Shown here piece after piece: positions 12,470 through 24,784 of a stretch of DNA of 64,000 nt. Positions within the stretch are counted from its first letter, which is position 1; each line of letters begins with the position of its first letter. The translations under genes and the position numbers were made by a program. The notes below the pieces were generated by a model, which was given only the letters and a program-made list of their open reading frames with translations, searched no databases and had not been told where the DNA came from. The DNA comes from Macrostomum lignano (taxonomy: Eukaryota): positions 649,516 to 713,515 of the forward strand of contig NIVC01000462.1 in the NCBI GenBank assembly GCA_002269645.1, in the 5' to 3' direction.

Positions 12470-13284
12470 CCTGGTCCTGGTTGACGCGCACAGCAGGTGG
12501 TCAGAGGTGCACAAGATGAGCAGCACCGCTGCAACTGCGACAATCAAATGCCTGCGAGAAATCTTCGCTCGTCTTGGCCTACCGAGAACTTTGGTGTCGG
12601 ACAACGAGTCTCAATTCGCTTCAGCCGAGTTCACTGAGTTCGTCAGTTCCAATGGCATCCGACAAATCTTCTCGGTGCCATTCCACCCGGCGACCAACGG
12701 CCAGGCCGAGCGCTTCGTCCAGGTGCTGAAGCGGCAACTGATCAAGTGCGGTCACTCGGACGCGCAACTTCAACGACTGCTGATGGCATATCGCAACACT
12801 CCGCACAGCGTCAGTGGCACCGCGCCGAGTCAGCTGCTCATCGGCCGCCGGCTGCGTAGCTGGCTGGACCTCCTGACACCCTCGTTGACTTCGGCCATGC
12901 AACAGCGACAGCAGCATCAGCTTCAGCAGCAGCGGCCAGCGTGCCAATTCCGGCCTGGAGATCGCGTGCTCTACCGCGATTTCAGCACTACCCGATTCGA
13001 GTTCGAGTACCACCTGACAGATTGATGCTGAAGTTAGGGCGTTATCTAAGGGGGGAGATGTGACATAGTGACACGATGGACTTTCTAATAGTTTGTGCGT
13101 ACTCGTACTGAGTGTTGAGACACTAGCAGTGGCGATATTGTTATTTACCGACTTAGTGAATTCTATTCAACCCCACCTCATGCGCGCGTGAATCTGTCTG
13201 CACCCACCACCTTATTACTAATCAAAATAAATAAAGTCAGCCAAGCTCTAAAGCGAGCACTTTTCTCACTCCTACAAGTCAACA
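12470..13284 (+). mobile_element. Ty3/gypsy integrase fragment + PPT + 3' LTR
   Basis: VDAHSRW..., LVSDNESQF, HPATNGQAERFVQ integrase motifs. Purine tract AAGGGGGGAGA then TGTGAC at 13059. LTR has AATAAA and probably ends CA at ~13284. Confidence 0.85.
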
Positions 13285-13299
13285 CTATTGCTTCAGTTA

Positions 13300-14500
13300 T
13301 CAAAGTTTATCACGCTATCCAAGGAAACAACTCATATTTCAGAAAACTGTGGCGTTCAATTGAAGTTTGCGATGCCGCTGCTGACATTCTGAGCTTGCAG
13401 ATTCGCGGGGTGCCTCTTCCTCTGCCTTCTCCTCTCTTGCTAGAAGTAAGGAATGTAAGAAATCTGAAAGGAATTCTGACAGCTCCACAGCAACCTAGCG
13501 ATAAAAACAGCAAACGAAGAGAAGAGGAAATGGACGCAAGAACGAGCAATGAGACACGTCCTGTGTTAGGCAACCAGTCCAACCTAAAAGAAACCACATA
13601 AAGAAGAATTACCATAGAAACCCCTTGAGACTGATATCAGCCGACTCAAAAAGCTATTAGCTGATAAAATTCCATGCATGAGCGCATGAACTACTCTTCT
13701 CTTGCAATAGATGAGTAGTATGTCATTCTTGTTTCAATTTTTTAGTGCGAGGACGGCGGATTGCGTGTGGCCACAGATACCCCCCTTGCAACGGGACGAG
13801 ATCAGGCCGGCCGGGAGCCAACTTGGTCGACGCTGGAGAAGGCCCCAAACCCCCGGAGACGAGCAGCAGAACGCACTGTTGACGGAGAATTGCCCACGAT
13901 GAGCACAGTGAGGGAAAGAAATCCAGGAAAGGGGAGAGCCGCATCCAACTCAACCAATGCGTTAAACCCCCTACTCCGCCACCTCTGCGGCTTTCCATAG
14001 CAACCATGCGGGCTGCACACCATTAGGGATTGCATCCTTAACTCAAAACATTGCGAAAGCGTACATTTTGTGAGGGCCCTTTCCTCCACCTTAAAGGAGA
14101 GAGATTCTGAGGATACACTGTATTATAAAAGGAAGAATATTATTGGATATGGATTCGTTCGGAGCTGCGTTAATTAAATCGCAGAGTCGAGCATTCAGTC
14201 TTTGCGATGTTTCTTAGACTGTGCAGGGGCTGCTCAGATTTTCTTGAGAGTAGCGAATTTGCATTAGACAAAGGAGGCAGAGGTTGCTGATGCAGTCAGG
14301 ACTCTGTTGAGGGTCCGGTCTGACTGCAGAACCGGTACAAGAGTTAGCGAGCGAAACTGCATGAAGTTTTACAGAGTGCTTAAGCGGTTAAGTGTCTAAG
14401 CGAAGATGAATTTTTCAGAAGTACCTGAGGAAGCTCAGCAAGCAATACCCACAGAAGTACCTGATGGAGCAGCAACGCCCTCAGAATTGCCAACGGAATC
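13300..14500 (-). mobile_element. Dispersed repeat of unknown family (copy 2; contains the empty site of the foldback insertion)
   Basis: Aligns to 160-225 joined to 8107-9100, and to 24250-24775. Confidence 0.6.
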
Positions 14501-15740
14501 TGCCGAAACTTTTCTAATCGTTATTCGTACCAAATAGCTCGTATTTGCCTGGGTCACAGCTATTTTGCAGGTTCTTAGTTTCCACGAAAAAGAGTCGTAG
14601 GCACAGATAAGCTTAAAAAGCTATCTATCATCAACTGAAATTCATAAACTAACTTAACTGCGATGCAGAGGTCAACTCAAATAATCCTGCCCCTCTCCCC
14701 ATGGAATATTTATTATTTATGATGCAGGAAATGCCTCGCTACCTGAGTCGCTTCTCTGTCGACAGCATAGCGGGAAAACTGATGGATTAATTGGAAATCA
14801 TTGAATATATTTGGGCATCATTAAATATATTCACTGCTTTTAATACGTAGGTAGCATGGGTATAGTTTGAATGCTTTCTGGCCCCAATTAGTTAGGAGGT
14901 AAAATTTTACAGTTTCTGCAGCTGTTTTATAATAACCAACCAAGCTCAGGAGCCACGCAATTTGCTCAGTGAGCTGTGCCGCTGTGCTGCCTGTGTATTC
15001 CCCACACCACTCGCCAATTTTTCATCTCAATTCTTTCCATTCGACTTTCACACAGAAAAGTCCTCATCTCGCTTCAATTCATCACATTACGTCTGCAGTA
15101 GCAGTGTGAAAAGCATTGACTCAAAGCTTTTTAAGTACTATTTGAAACTCTTGAATGCGATTTTAGTGAGGTATGGCTGGCCTCACAAAATACACCTCGT
15201 CGCCTTCTATATGATCCCAGCAAAGTTCAGATTTCGGAAATTAAATCAGGAAATTTGCTTCTTTTTGGTATCAATTTGGTTTATTTCACAAGAATCAAAC
15301 TAAAAACAATCAGTCACGCATGCCTTCTCTGATCCTCTCTCCGTCCAGCAGACTTATTTTATCGTATGGTTTTGTCTGCACCATGTCTGAGAAGAAAGCA
15401 GCTTGTCAATTTCAATGTAATTGGGAGAAAAAACTTGAGATAAAAGAAACTTCTGAAGCTTACTTATGTAGCAGTTTTCTATAAAATTCGTGAAGTTACA
15501 TTCGAATTGCAGTTTTCAAGGCTCTAGTAGCAGTAATCACACGATAAATATTTTGAAAAAAAGGAGAGAACAGTCAATCTATATCCTCTTTAAAGTACAC
15601 TCATTTCCTAATCAAAAGCTTATTTTTAAATCCTATTTCAGCACAAAACCGGTAATCTTCACTTCGACATGAAAAAATAAGCAAGACGTTTTGGCTTCTT
15701 TTTCACATCGGATCGATAGCCTGGGAGGATCAAAAGTCAG

Positions 15741-16420
15741 TCAGCCGCGCACAAAGTAGTCTCCATCGGTGCTGCTCAGACTGGCAGGCGGGTAGGCGAA
15801 CCTCAACAGGTGGCACAGGCGCTGCTGGCCAGAGAAAATCACAGCCTGGCAGGCAGCTGAGGCCTCGCACAGCATCAAACACTCGGCCTTGATTTTGGCA
15901 GCGCTGGTCCAGTAGGTGCTCTGGGTGGACTCCACCGTCTGGTTGGTCCTTGGCGTCTGCTCAAAATACTTTTTATCTACAAAAATTCAATTCTGGCTTT
16001 TACCGAATGCACCAAATTTAGTTTGAATAGTCTAACAAAAATGTTTTAGAAGAGACCTGACTCAAAAGCTCACCTGAATAGGCCAAAGCGAACACGGAGT
16101 AGCGCCACGGGCCTCCGCATTTAGAAGCTCCGCTCCCAGCGCAGACGCTGTTGCAGTCGGTCTCGCTAGCAGCTCCAAGAGACCCATAGGAGTTTCCGCA
16201 GAAACAAAACTGACTGACCTGCTCACCGATGTACGGGAAACCGCCCAGTGAGCAGAAGCTGCTGCAGAGCTCGTGCGTCATATTGACACTGCTCAGTGCG
16301 TTTTCGAGAGTATCGATGCTGAACTGTCCAATTCTGCTCACACCAATGAGTCCTTTCAGATCTGTAGCTGCATTGTCTATAAAGCAGCCAATATAGGACA
16401 TCTGAGTTACTCTGCCGGCA
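15741..16420 (-). pseudogene. WSC + PAN/Apple-like gene A, 5'-truncated (no signal peptide); exons ~16420-16074 and 15976-15741
   Basis: WSC motif YIGCFID...CSSFC...CFCG...C...C.G...CG. GT-AG phase-1 intron as in the paralogues. In-frame TAA 8 codons upstream of MSYIGC, where an unrelated repeat is joined. Confidence 0.75.
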
Positions 16421-16934
16421 GCAATTTACCTCCATGCCGCCTGGCCTGATCCGTCCAAGTAGCCTCTTGCACCATCGTTGACAGACCACATCATCCGAGT
16501 CGTACTGTCCGTAGCCGTTGTAGGAGGTGCTGCGGTGCTGCAGTGCCCGGGGGTTTCCTTGTCAAGTTTTTTCTAGGCATCCATCAACTCTTACCTCCCT
16601 TACCTTTGGTTTTTCCACGGGCTATTTCTGTACACTCTAACTTTATTATAACATTGTTCACTCTTAAAATACACGAAATTTAGGAGCTAAGCGCAATTTA
16701 AAGATGGCATGCAACTGTAAATCAACTGACCTGCACTTTAGGGTTGGGGTCAGGGATAACTGACCCCGTTAGGTTTTATGTGGGTTGTCAATCTAGTCTA
16801 CTCACCGATGGTCTCGATAACTTTATGAAATGATTTTAATAATGTATTTTTAATGCTAGATAGGTTACTATGAGCAGTACCCTGAGCACATTACGAAATA
16901 TCTGATTACGCAAAAATCTTTCCTAAAAAACGAC

Positions 16935-16941
16935 TATAAAA
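16935..16941 (+). promoter_or_regulatory. TATA box of WSC gene B
   Basis: GACTATAAAAGCCC ~50 bp before the ATG; same motif upstream of gene E (30556-30562). Confidence 0.55.
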
Positions 16942-16989
16942 GCCCTAGGAGGAAACACTTCCTAGCAGCTCCCTTCCGCCAAGCCCAAA

Positions 16990-17499
16990 ATGCTCAAGAC
17001 GATTTCATATTTTACAAACTTTGCTGTTCTGGTTGTTAGCATTTCTGGCAGGGCAACTCAAGTGTCCTACATTGGCTGCTATGTGGACAATGAGACCAGA
17101 GATCTGAGAGGACTCACTGGAGTGAGCAGAATCGGACAGTTCAGCATCGAAAGCTTCACGCTGAGCAGCCTTAATATGACACACGAGCTCTGCAGCAGCG
17201 TCTGCTCTCTGGGCGGCTTCCCGTACTTCAGTGTGCAGGCCAATTATCATTGTTTCTGCGGCAGCTCCTACGGGTCTCTCGGAACTGCAAACGAGACCGA
17301 CTGCAACCGCGTCTGCGGTGGAAACGGAGCTCAAATGTGCGGAGCCTCGTGGCGAAACTCAGTCTTCGCCCTAACCTACCCTTTTATCACTGAACGAAAC
17401 ACTGATATATATATATATATATATTTTATCACTGATAAAATATACCCTGACGACGGCCCTAGTGGGTTGAAACGCGTTGGTTTTCGCCATAAATGTTGA
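16990..17499 (+). CDS. Secreted WSC-domain protein B; PAN exon lost, C-terminus derived from a Penelope-like insert
   Basis: Signal peptide + complete WSC domain almost identical to gene E. The sequence switches to foreign DNA at 17382, next to where E has its splice donor. Confidence 0.7.
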   Translation: MLKTISYFTNFAVLVVSISGRATQVSYIGCYVDNETRDLRGLTGVSRIGQFSIESFTLSSLNMTHELCSSVCSLGGFPYFSVQANYHCFCGSSYGSLGTANETDCNRVCGGNGAQMCGASWRNSVFALTYPFITERNTDIYIYIYFITDKIYPDDGPSGLKRVGFRHKC

Positions 17500-17545
17500 T
17501 CTTAAGCTTTATTTATTTGCTATTAATTAAGCGAGCAACTCTACT
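17382..17545 (+). mobile_element. Penelope-like element terminal (pLTR) remnant
   Basis: (TA)n tract, then a CTGACGA...GAAACGCGT hammerhead signature typical of PLE termini. Confidence 0.6.
17444..17481 (+). ncRNA. Minimal type I hammerhead ribozyme (PLE-type)
   Basis: Stem I ACC/GGT; core CUGACGA; stem II GGCCC-UAGU-GGGUU; GAAA; palindromic stem III ACGCGU; GUU cleavage triplet. Confidence 0.65.
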
Positions 17546-17732
17546 ACAGAAAACCTGTGCTTCCTGGACCTTGGAGGGCTGTACTCTGAGCTCGGAGTGA
17601 AAGACGGCTCTGATTGGTCTAAGAGCGAAGCGCCATCTCGCAAATTTCGCACTTAAAAGTCTGCTCGCTCTTGTCTGACTGGAGATTCAGAACTGCCGAA
17701 TTCGTGTTCCAAGTTCCTTTTCGAGCAGAGAA

Positions 17733-18487
17733 ATGTTCCGCCCAGAAGCGGCTGTGTCCGTTCTGTTCTGCGCTGCCCTCCTGCTGACTTGCGCCACCTG
17801 CAGACTCGTCAGCTTCTCCTACCTGGGCTGCTACAAAGACCATTCGTTCGCCAGAGACCTAAACGGGCTCAGTGCAGTCAGCAAGATCGGTGTGTTTATT
17901 GTCTATCACCCTTCTGGTGGTGTCTTTTCGAGCATGATGTCGCACGAGTTGTGCAGCAGCATCTGCTCGATCGGCAGCTTCCCGTACTTCGGGGTGCAGT
18001 ACGGGGCTGAGTGCTACTGCGGCAACTCGTACGGATCCCATGGCCTGGTGAGCGACGCCAACTGCAGTATGGATTGTCCCGGTAACGCGATGCAGAAATG
18101 TGGCGACTCCAACAGAAACTCCGTGTTCGCCCTGAGCTACTCAGGTACTATTATGGTTTCTACTAAAAGCTCAGTTTCTACCATCGCCAGAATGACACCA
18201 TGCTGAGACGATAATTTAAGAGGCTTCATTTTCGTTTAATTTCAGTTTCGGACAACAACACCTACACTGTGGTGAAGCAGTCCAGCCCTCCCGTGACATC
18301 CGGTACCACCTCCGTCTGGCCTGTCGCTGCCCAGTCCGTCAAGGACTGCCTGCTGTGGTGCAGCGCCAGAGCCGACTGCCGGGCCGCCGTTTTCTCCCGA
18401 CAGGAGCTCGCCTGCCACCTGCTGGAGTTCGTGTACCCGCCAGGCCACCTGAGCGGGCCCGAGTGGACTCTGTTCGTGCGTGGCTGA
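17733..18487 (+). CDS. Secreted WSC + PAN/Apple-like protein C; exons 17733-18144 and 18246-18487
   Basis: Signal peptide, WSC cysteine pattern, GT-AG phase-1 intron, PAN-like C-x3-C-x5-C...C-x-L, stop after FVRG. Confidence 0.9.
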
Positions 18488-20051
18488 GCTCGAGCGGTGC
18501 TGTGACCGACTGGCTCAGTTGTTGAGCTGAGCATGGACTCAAAGCAAACTTTAACGACCAGTTTTTGATGCGTAATCCTACAGATTTGATCCAAGCAAAA
18601 ATAAAAGGCTTAATAACATTAGTGACGCAACTGGCATGACTAAATTCGGTTTATTCTGTTCTGTTCGTGCTTTTAGCCCTACCGGTAAAGCATTTTTTGT
18701 CAGTCAATGTCAGCGATTTCGATACGCTCTGAAAAATAGTTGCACGTGTGCAACTGACTATCTTTTACTAACTCATCCTGTGATCAACCGAAAGTTGCAG
18801 AACATGTGAACTGAGCACCCACCGAGTGCTTGAATGGCTCTCGTTAATGGGGCGTTAGGAAGGAATGTGTATGCGAAGTTTTATTTGGTCCATTAATATT
18901 TCAAAGTCTAATGATGAATTATTTTAATAAAATTCAGACATTCTTCCACCAAACAGGGAACATAGCAACTCAGAGGCCGAGGACGAACAAAGAATGAACA
19001 GAATTATGAAAGCTTTTACACGAAGTGCTCGAAGTACTGCTTTAGCAGATGATGCATTTCACCTGGGAGACTCCTTGCTACGAGTGTACCTGAATTATGC
19101 TTCAGTCACAGTGGACTACATAAATTCGCCACATATACTCTCTTAATTCAATTAATATTGGTACGGGCCACCAGTTTTACCATCTGGGTAAACTAGAGCA
19201 ATGCGGAGTTTTGTGCCTTGATGTTTAATAAGAACACAAATTGTTCCGATGGGGTCGAGAATCGAACCCCGAACTTTCAGTTGTGTGTCGTGAGCACAGT
19301 TTAAATTCATAAATACATAAGTCTGGTAAAGGATACACATATAAACTTTATCTCCACAATGTATTATTCTCAGTGCTACAGTATAACAGTAAGAGAAAAT
19401 GCGGTAGAGAAATAACTGAATAACCAGGTACCAGCTGCCACTAATTTGCAACAGCATTTCCTCTGACGCTGCTTCATTGGTTTTGGTTGAAACAAAACTA
19501 TACTTTTTGTATTCATCTGTTTGTCATCGAAACACAATGCGGTTTTTCTGCGACTGTGGCTACCCACTGAGTCCCGAGCTTCTAAGGAAGTAGCTAGGCT
19601 AGATATTGCATATAAATCCAAGAAAAAGCAATCAACATGAAGGCAGTCTTGCTCCCGACGTCTCGCATCATAGCAGCTCAAGAGTTTGGCTTTGTCTGTG
19701 AGTTCAGGCAAATTAGCTAGCTCGCGTTTTAAGAAGCTCACTAGCAATCTGCCCCTCTCCCCGTTCGGAAAGCAACAAGAGAAATAAAAAAACATCTGGA
19801 TAAACTACATTACCATTTTTCCATCTGCGTTCACCATTGTTATTCTCTCAGGAAAATGACGTTTAAAGGAAAAAATCATCCACCCGGAACGCCAACTGTC
19901 TGGCCTAGAATATCAGATGTTCCAGGAGCTTTGGCTCTAAGCATGTGAATAACTCCAATGAGCCAACGCATTTCAGAAATTCCCCCTGTTAGCCTTGACA
20001 TCCTAGCTATTTTCCCCATGTGTCTTTTACGGTCGAAAGGGCGATTCTTAT

Positions 20052-20420
20052 TTGGTTGACATGTCGCTTCTTTTCTGTTAGACCATGTCGCTTCTTTTCT
20101 GTTTCACCATGTTGCTACTTTTATGTTTGACCATGTCGCTTCTTTTATGTTTGACCATGTCGCTTCTTTTATGTTTGACCACGTCGCTTCTTTTATGTTT
20201 GACCATGTCGCTTCTTTTATGTTTGACCATGTCGCTTCTTTTCTGTTTCACCATGTTGCTACTTTTATGTTTGACCACGTCGCTTCTTTTATGTTTGACC
20301 ATGTCGCTTCTTTTATGTTTGACCATGTCGCTTCTTTTATGTTTGACCATGTCGCTTCTTTTATGTTTGACCATGTTGCTTCTTTTACGTTTGACCACGT
20401 CGCTTTTTTATGTTTGAGAA
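20052..20420. repeat. 24-bp minisatellite (ATGTTTGACCATGTCGCTTCTTTT)n; paralogous 23-bp array at 37200-37910
   Basis: Tandem array; its flanks are shared with 36800-37990. Confidence 0.95.
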
Positions 20421-20961
20421 GCGCTTTTATGTGACTCAGCAGCCGCTGAAGAATTGTTCTGCCAAATTTCATATACTAGCTAGTTTATTAACTGATCGGA
20501 ATGTAGAGAACTGTAAATCATCATAACGCACTACTTTGAAGTAATATTCTAATAAAATCTATTTAAACAGAAGTGACTCAGAGCCCTACGGTAGGACCAA
20601 CGTTTTTTGATCAATCAAACATACGCGACCTAAGTAAATAACGGGGTTTAAATCAGTTTTCCACCAAAATTTTACTATAAATGTAGGAGAAAATCCGAGT
20701 AAAAAAATTCAGACTCAGAGCGGTCTCAAGCAATACCTTGTAATACGTTAACTAAGAAGATCCATATCTCCGAGAGAAGAAATCCGGACAGATTGGTAAG
20801 CGTTTCCCGATTTAGTTCTTTGCTATAGCACAAATAAGTTGATAAATTGAGTTTATGAGAGCCACTTATTGTCGACACATTTGAGAAAGGCCTCCTTGTT
20901 TCCTAGGATACATTCCTAGAGGATTTATTGATTTGAATTGAGTTATCCGTTGCGTTTCGGA

Positions 20962-22520
20962 TGTAACGAAGAAGATGCCCTTCAGGAGGACTTGTTACAG
21001 ATACGAAAATAATTCAATTGTTCATAAGGGCGTCACGTTCTATTGTGAATTCCGAGCTCGAGGACCGTCAAGAATTGTGATTCGCTCTCGTTTTGGTCGA
21101 CCCACAGATAAAGTTAAGGACTCCAGAAGACAACAGCTGTTCACAGGAACCAGCTGCCGCCACCGCTCAGCAAAGCGAGCCAGCCCTACAAACAACAGGA
21201 CTCCGCCGAATACCGACCGCAAGAGGATCCGCTACAGTAAGAGTTATTCGATTTCGTATATACCTAGGCATTTGTTCCCCTGTGTAAAAGTGGGAGATCA
21301 CCACTCAATATAAACTCTTCAACTGGTGATCTCGCCCAGGCCTAACTCAGGCTCGATCCCAGGCCTAACTCAGGCTCGATCCCAGGCCTAACTCAGGCTC
21401 GATCCAAGGCCTAACTCAGGCTTGATCCCAGGCCTAACTCAGGCTCGATCCCAGGCCTAACTCAGGCTCGATCCCAGGTCTAACTCAGGCTCGATCCCAG
21501 GCCTAACTCAGGCTCGATCCCAGGCCTAACTCAAGCTCGATCCCAGGCCTAACTCAGGCTCGATCCCAGGCCTAACTCAGGCTCGATCCCAGGCCTAACT
21601 CAGGCACGTCAGGCTAAATCATTCCAGACCAGGCGAGACTGCTAAAAACACCTGGACACAAAATAAAATTTATGCATTGCGTAACCCTACTGAATTTTTC
21701 GTGCCGGCCTACCATTGTTTGCATATAAACCCTATGATTCACCGCACAACTCAGCTGTTCAATTTTGTGAATATCTCATTATTTCAATCACCCCCTTTCT
21801 CTTTGATAAAGTCGTTATATAGAAAATTTTCCCCTCGCCTTTTTCGCTTCCTCCTGAGTAAATAACAGCCGCGCCCGCACACACACACACAACACACACC
21901 CCCACCCATTGCTCACCACTTTGAGAGGTCAATCTGGAAAATCCTTTGGAAATTGACCCCAATCTTGACTTTCCACCATTTCCATTTGAAAATATGGCTC
22001 GAAGAAACCCTACAGTGCATCGTGATGTTAATGAAACTGTTGGAATGTATACCATTTATAAGGACTTTAACACCTTCATTGAACACTTTGACCTTGTAAC
22101 TCGCGAAAACGGACTACTACAAAATCTAGAAAAGGCACTTCTTCTTCCTCCACTGCTAGAAGGTACTGCTCGAGAAATTTATGGCAAACTAAATGCTCCT
22201 GCCCAGCAATTCGCCAGATGTGGAACCAATCTATCTGTGCTTCTACACAAACTTCATTATCGAAAAATGAGTCCGACGGAATCCTAGCTTCCAATTACCT
22301 TCGTCGATGATGTTCGCAAAATTATTAAAGCGTTGCAATTGCACCAGCCACCACCACCGAACCCATGAGCTCAACCTATCGGACCAGCAAAACTAGCTGC
22401 ACGAGAAAGACAACGCCTTGCTGATCGAGAACAAAGCCTAATCCTCCAAGTCATTAATAATGCTCAACCTTGTCTGCGAGACAGGTTGTTAAGAGAAACT
22501 ATTGAGACAGAGGAACAGAA
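20962..22520 (+). mobile_element. 5' end of an LTR retrotransposon: LTR (~20962-21321), PBS, 23-bp tandem repeat in leader, gag fragment
   Basis: TGTAACG...TTCA, then TGGTGA at 21324. Array (CCCAGGCCTAACTCAGGCTCGAT)n at 21335-21605. Gag-like FIEHFDLVTRENG...KALLL..LLEGTAREIY. Confidence 0.65.
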
Positions 22521-23344
22521 AGTTGAGAAGTAAGTTCCCCACGGGGCGCTATCACAAACCCTAAAAATCACATTCTCTAAAAGCAACCTACATCACAAAC
22601 CCTAAATATCATAACCCCTAAATATCACATTCTCTAAATTCCAAAATTCCAAATTCCAGATATTTAGGGGGTTATTGTATTTAGGGTTTGTGCAGCTGAT
22701 GTGTCTTGTAAAATTATAGATTCAATTGCTTAAGAATTTACGTACTTAGCTCGTATGCTCTTTTTCCATCAGATGCTACTTGAAGTATAATTCAACATGA
22801 CCAATACCACGCGCTGCTCGTAAAAATATGTAAATACCTCGTACACTATTCCTCTACCTACGGTTCTAGGTGCTACATCTATTATCCTTACAAGAAATTA
22901 AAAATGAACTCTTCCAATACGTTAACGATATGGTCCTTCACCCATTCCCCATTGACTGTACAACGCATTGGAGCAGCTGCGGATCTCCTGAACTCTCCCA
23001 AGGCTTGGGTTTGAGTTGTCAGGTGTTGGCAGGTGTTTAGGGATAAAAAATGTCGTGCTACATAGCGGCAGTCAAAAGCTGGTAAGACTTTCGCCCGCAC
23101 GCAGACCCCGGAATTGTTTGCTGAACGCTGTTTCATGCCAACTAAGAAAGTTTTAGACAATTTCCTAACTTTTCTGAAACACCTTTTAGGCCTTACTATA
23201 GAGTTGGAACCATTATGGACAGATGTAGAAGTATATTGAGCTACTCATGAAAAGGTTATTGAGGCCGTCCTATTCATGGCATCTCTTTGGAATTTGAGCA
23301 CAAATCAACTACATGGTCTATAGGCATTTTTCTACAGGCATTAG

Positions 23345-23525
23345 TATACGGGCATTCGTCTATGGGCATTTGTCTATGGGCATTTGTCTATGGGCATTTG
23401 TCTAATGGGCATTTGTCTATGGGCATTTGTCTATGGGCATTTGTCTATGGGCATTTGTCTACGGGCATTTGTCTATGGACATTTGTCTATGGGCATTTGT
23501 CTATGGGCATTTGTCTATGGCTATT
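23345..23525. repeat. 14-bp minisatellite (CTATGGGCATTTGT)n
   Basis: Direct tandem array. Confidence 0.95.
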
Positions 23526-24249
23526 TATCTGTGGATGATTTTTACGTCATTCTGGCTTCCCTTCGGCCGCCTATCAAAACTCAACACTTAAATTTAAATA
23601 TTTTTATTACTACAATCTATATTACTTATAATAGTTTAAACGGGTAACGCGATTATCTAAAGTCACGTGTGCCCTGCCAGCTTCCAACTTTCCGCACAGC
23701 ATGTACTTTTATCTCAGCCCCAGGGGCAGAGCCGGTCGCCTGTACGAAATGCGTCTGGCTCTAGCTCAACGAGTTCCTGGGCTCGATTCCGTGAGCAGCC
23801 ACATTCTGTAGAATCTTAAAAAAGCTGCTTAGGGTTTATTCCTCCCAGAGAAACTGGTTGACAACAAAAAACGCAAAACACTGCTTTGCAATTACAGAGT
23901 CAAGCATCCATAGCATTGTCTTATTGTTGAAAAAATGTTCAATTGCTTTGCATTGAGAGCTGATTGAATAGAAAATTGCTGTAACCCGAAAGACTTTGAA
24001 ATTACAGGAGAGGAAAATAGAATTCTTGTTTTCTACCAGTTGAACCAGTTTTTTACCCTAAATATTTTAAGAGGGAACGAAAATTCCAGACTGAACGATA
24101 AGCAACCTCTGAGCTAGACACCAACACCGTAGTTGACTGGCATTGAACTTTACTCACTATTACATTTTTTTAAAGCCCACAAAACCTAGAAACACAACAC
24201 TTCAGCTGGAAAGTCAACCGGTTATTTAAAAAATTCTTTTAAAAGTTCG

Positions 24250-24775
24250 TCTCTTCCTCTGCCTTCTTACAGCTCCACAACAACGTAAGGATAAAAACAG
24301 CCAAGCAAAGAGACGATAAAACTGAGCAATGAGAGATGTCCTGAGATCACTTCTCAAAATCCATACCGGTATAAAGAAGAATTACCATAGTAACCACTCA
24401 AGACTGATTGCATCCGACTCAGATAGCTAGTAGCACATATGAACTACTCTTTTGTTGCAATGAATTGAGTAGTATGACATTCTTGCTTTCAATTTGTAGC
24501 GCCTGGACAACAGATTGCGTATTCTGTGAAGATTCTGTGTTTGCAGATCCCCCTGGCAACGGGACGAGATCGGGCCGGCCGGGAGACAACTTAGACGACG
24601 ATGGATATGGCCCCGGACCCCGGAGATGAGCAGCAGAACGCACAGTTGACGGGAAATTGACGATAAGTTCAGCGAGAGACAGAAACCCAGGAAAGGGAGC
24701 GCCGCATCAAACTCAACCAATGCTTTAAACTCGCCACTCCACCGCCCCTGCGAGGGCAGAGCGCTCTGGGGCTGC
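24250..24775 (-). mobile_element. Dispersed repeat of unknown family (copy 3)
   Basis: Aligns to 13420-13980 and 8200-8520. Confidence 0.6.
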
Positions 24776-24784
24776 GTCCTTAAC

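Noticed and set aside
22550-22700. CCCTAAA motifs as interstitial telomere
   Set aside because: Only a few scattered copies within a small AT-rich hairpin, not a tandem telomeric array.
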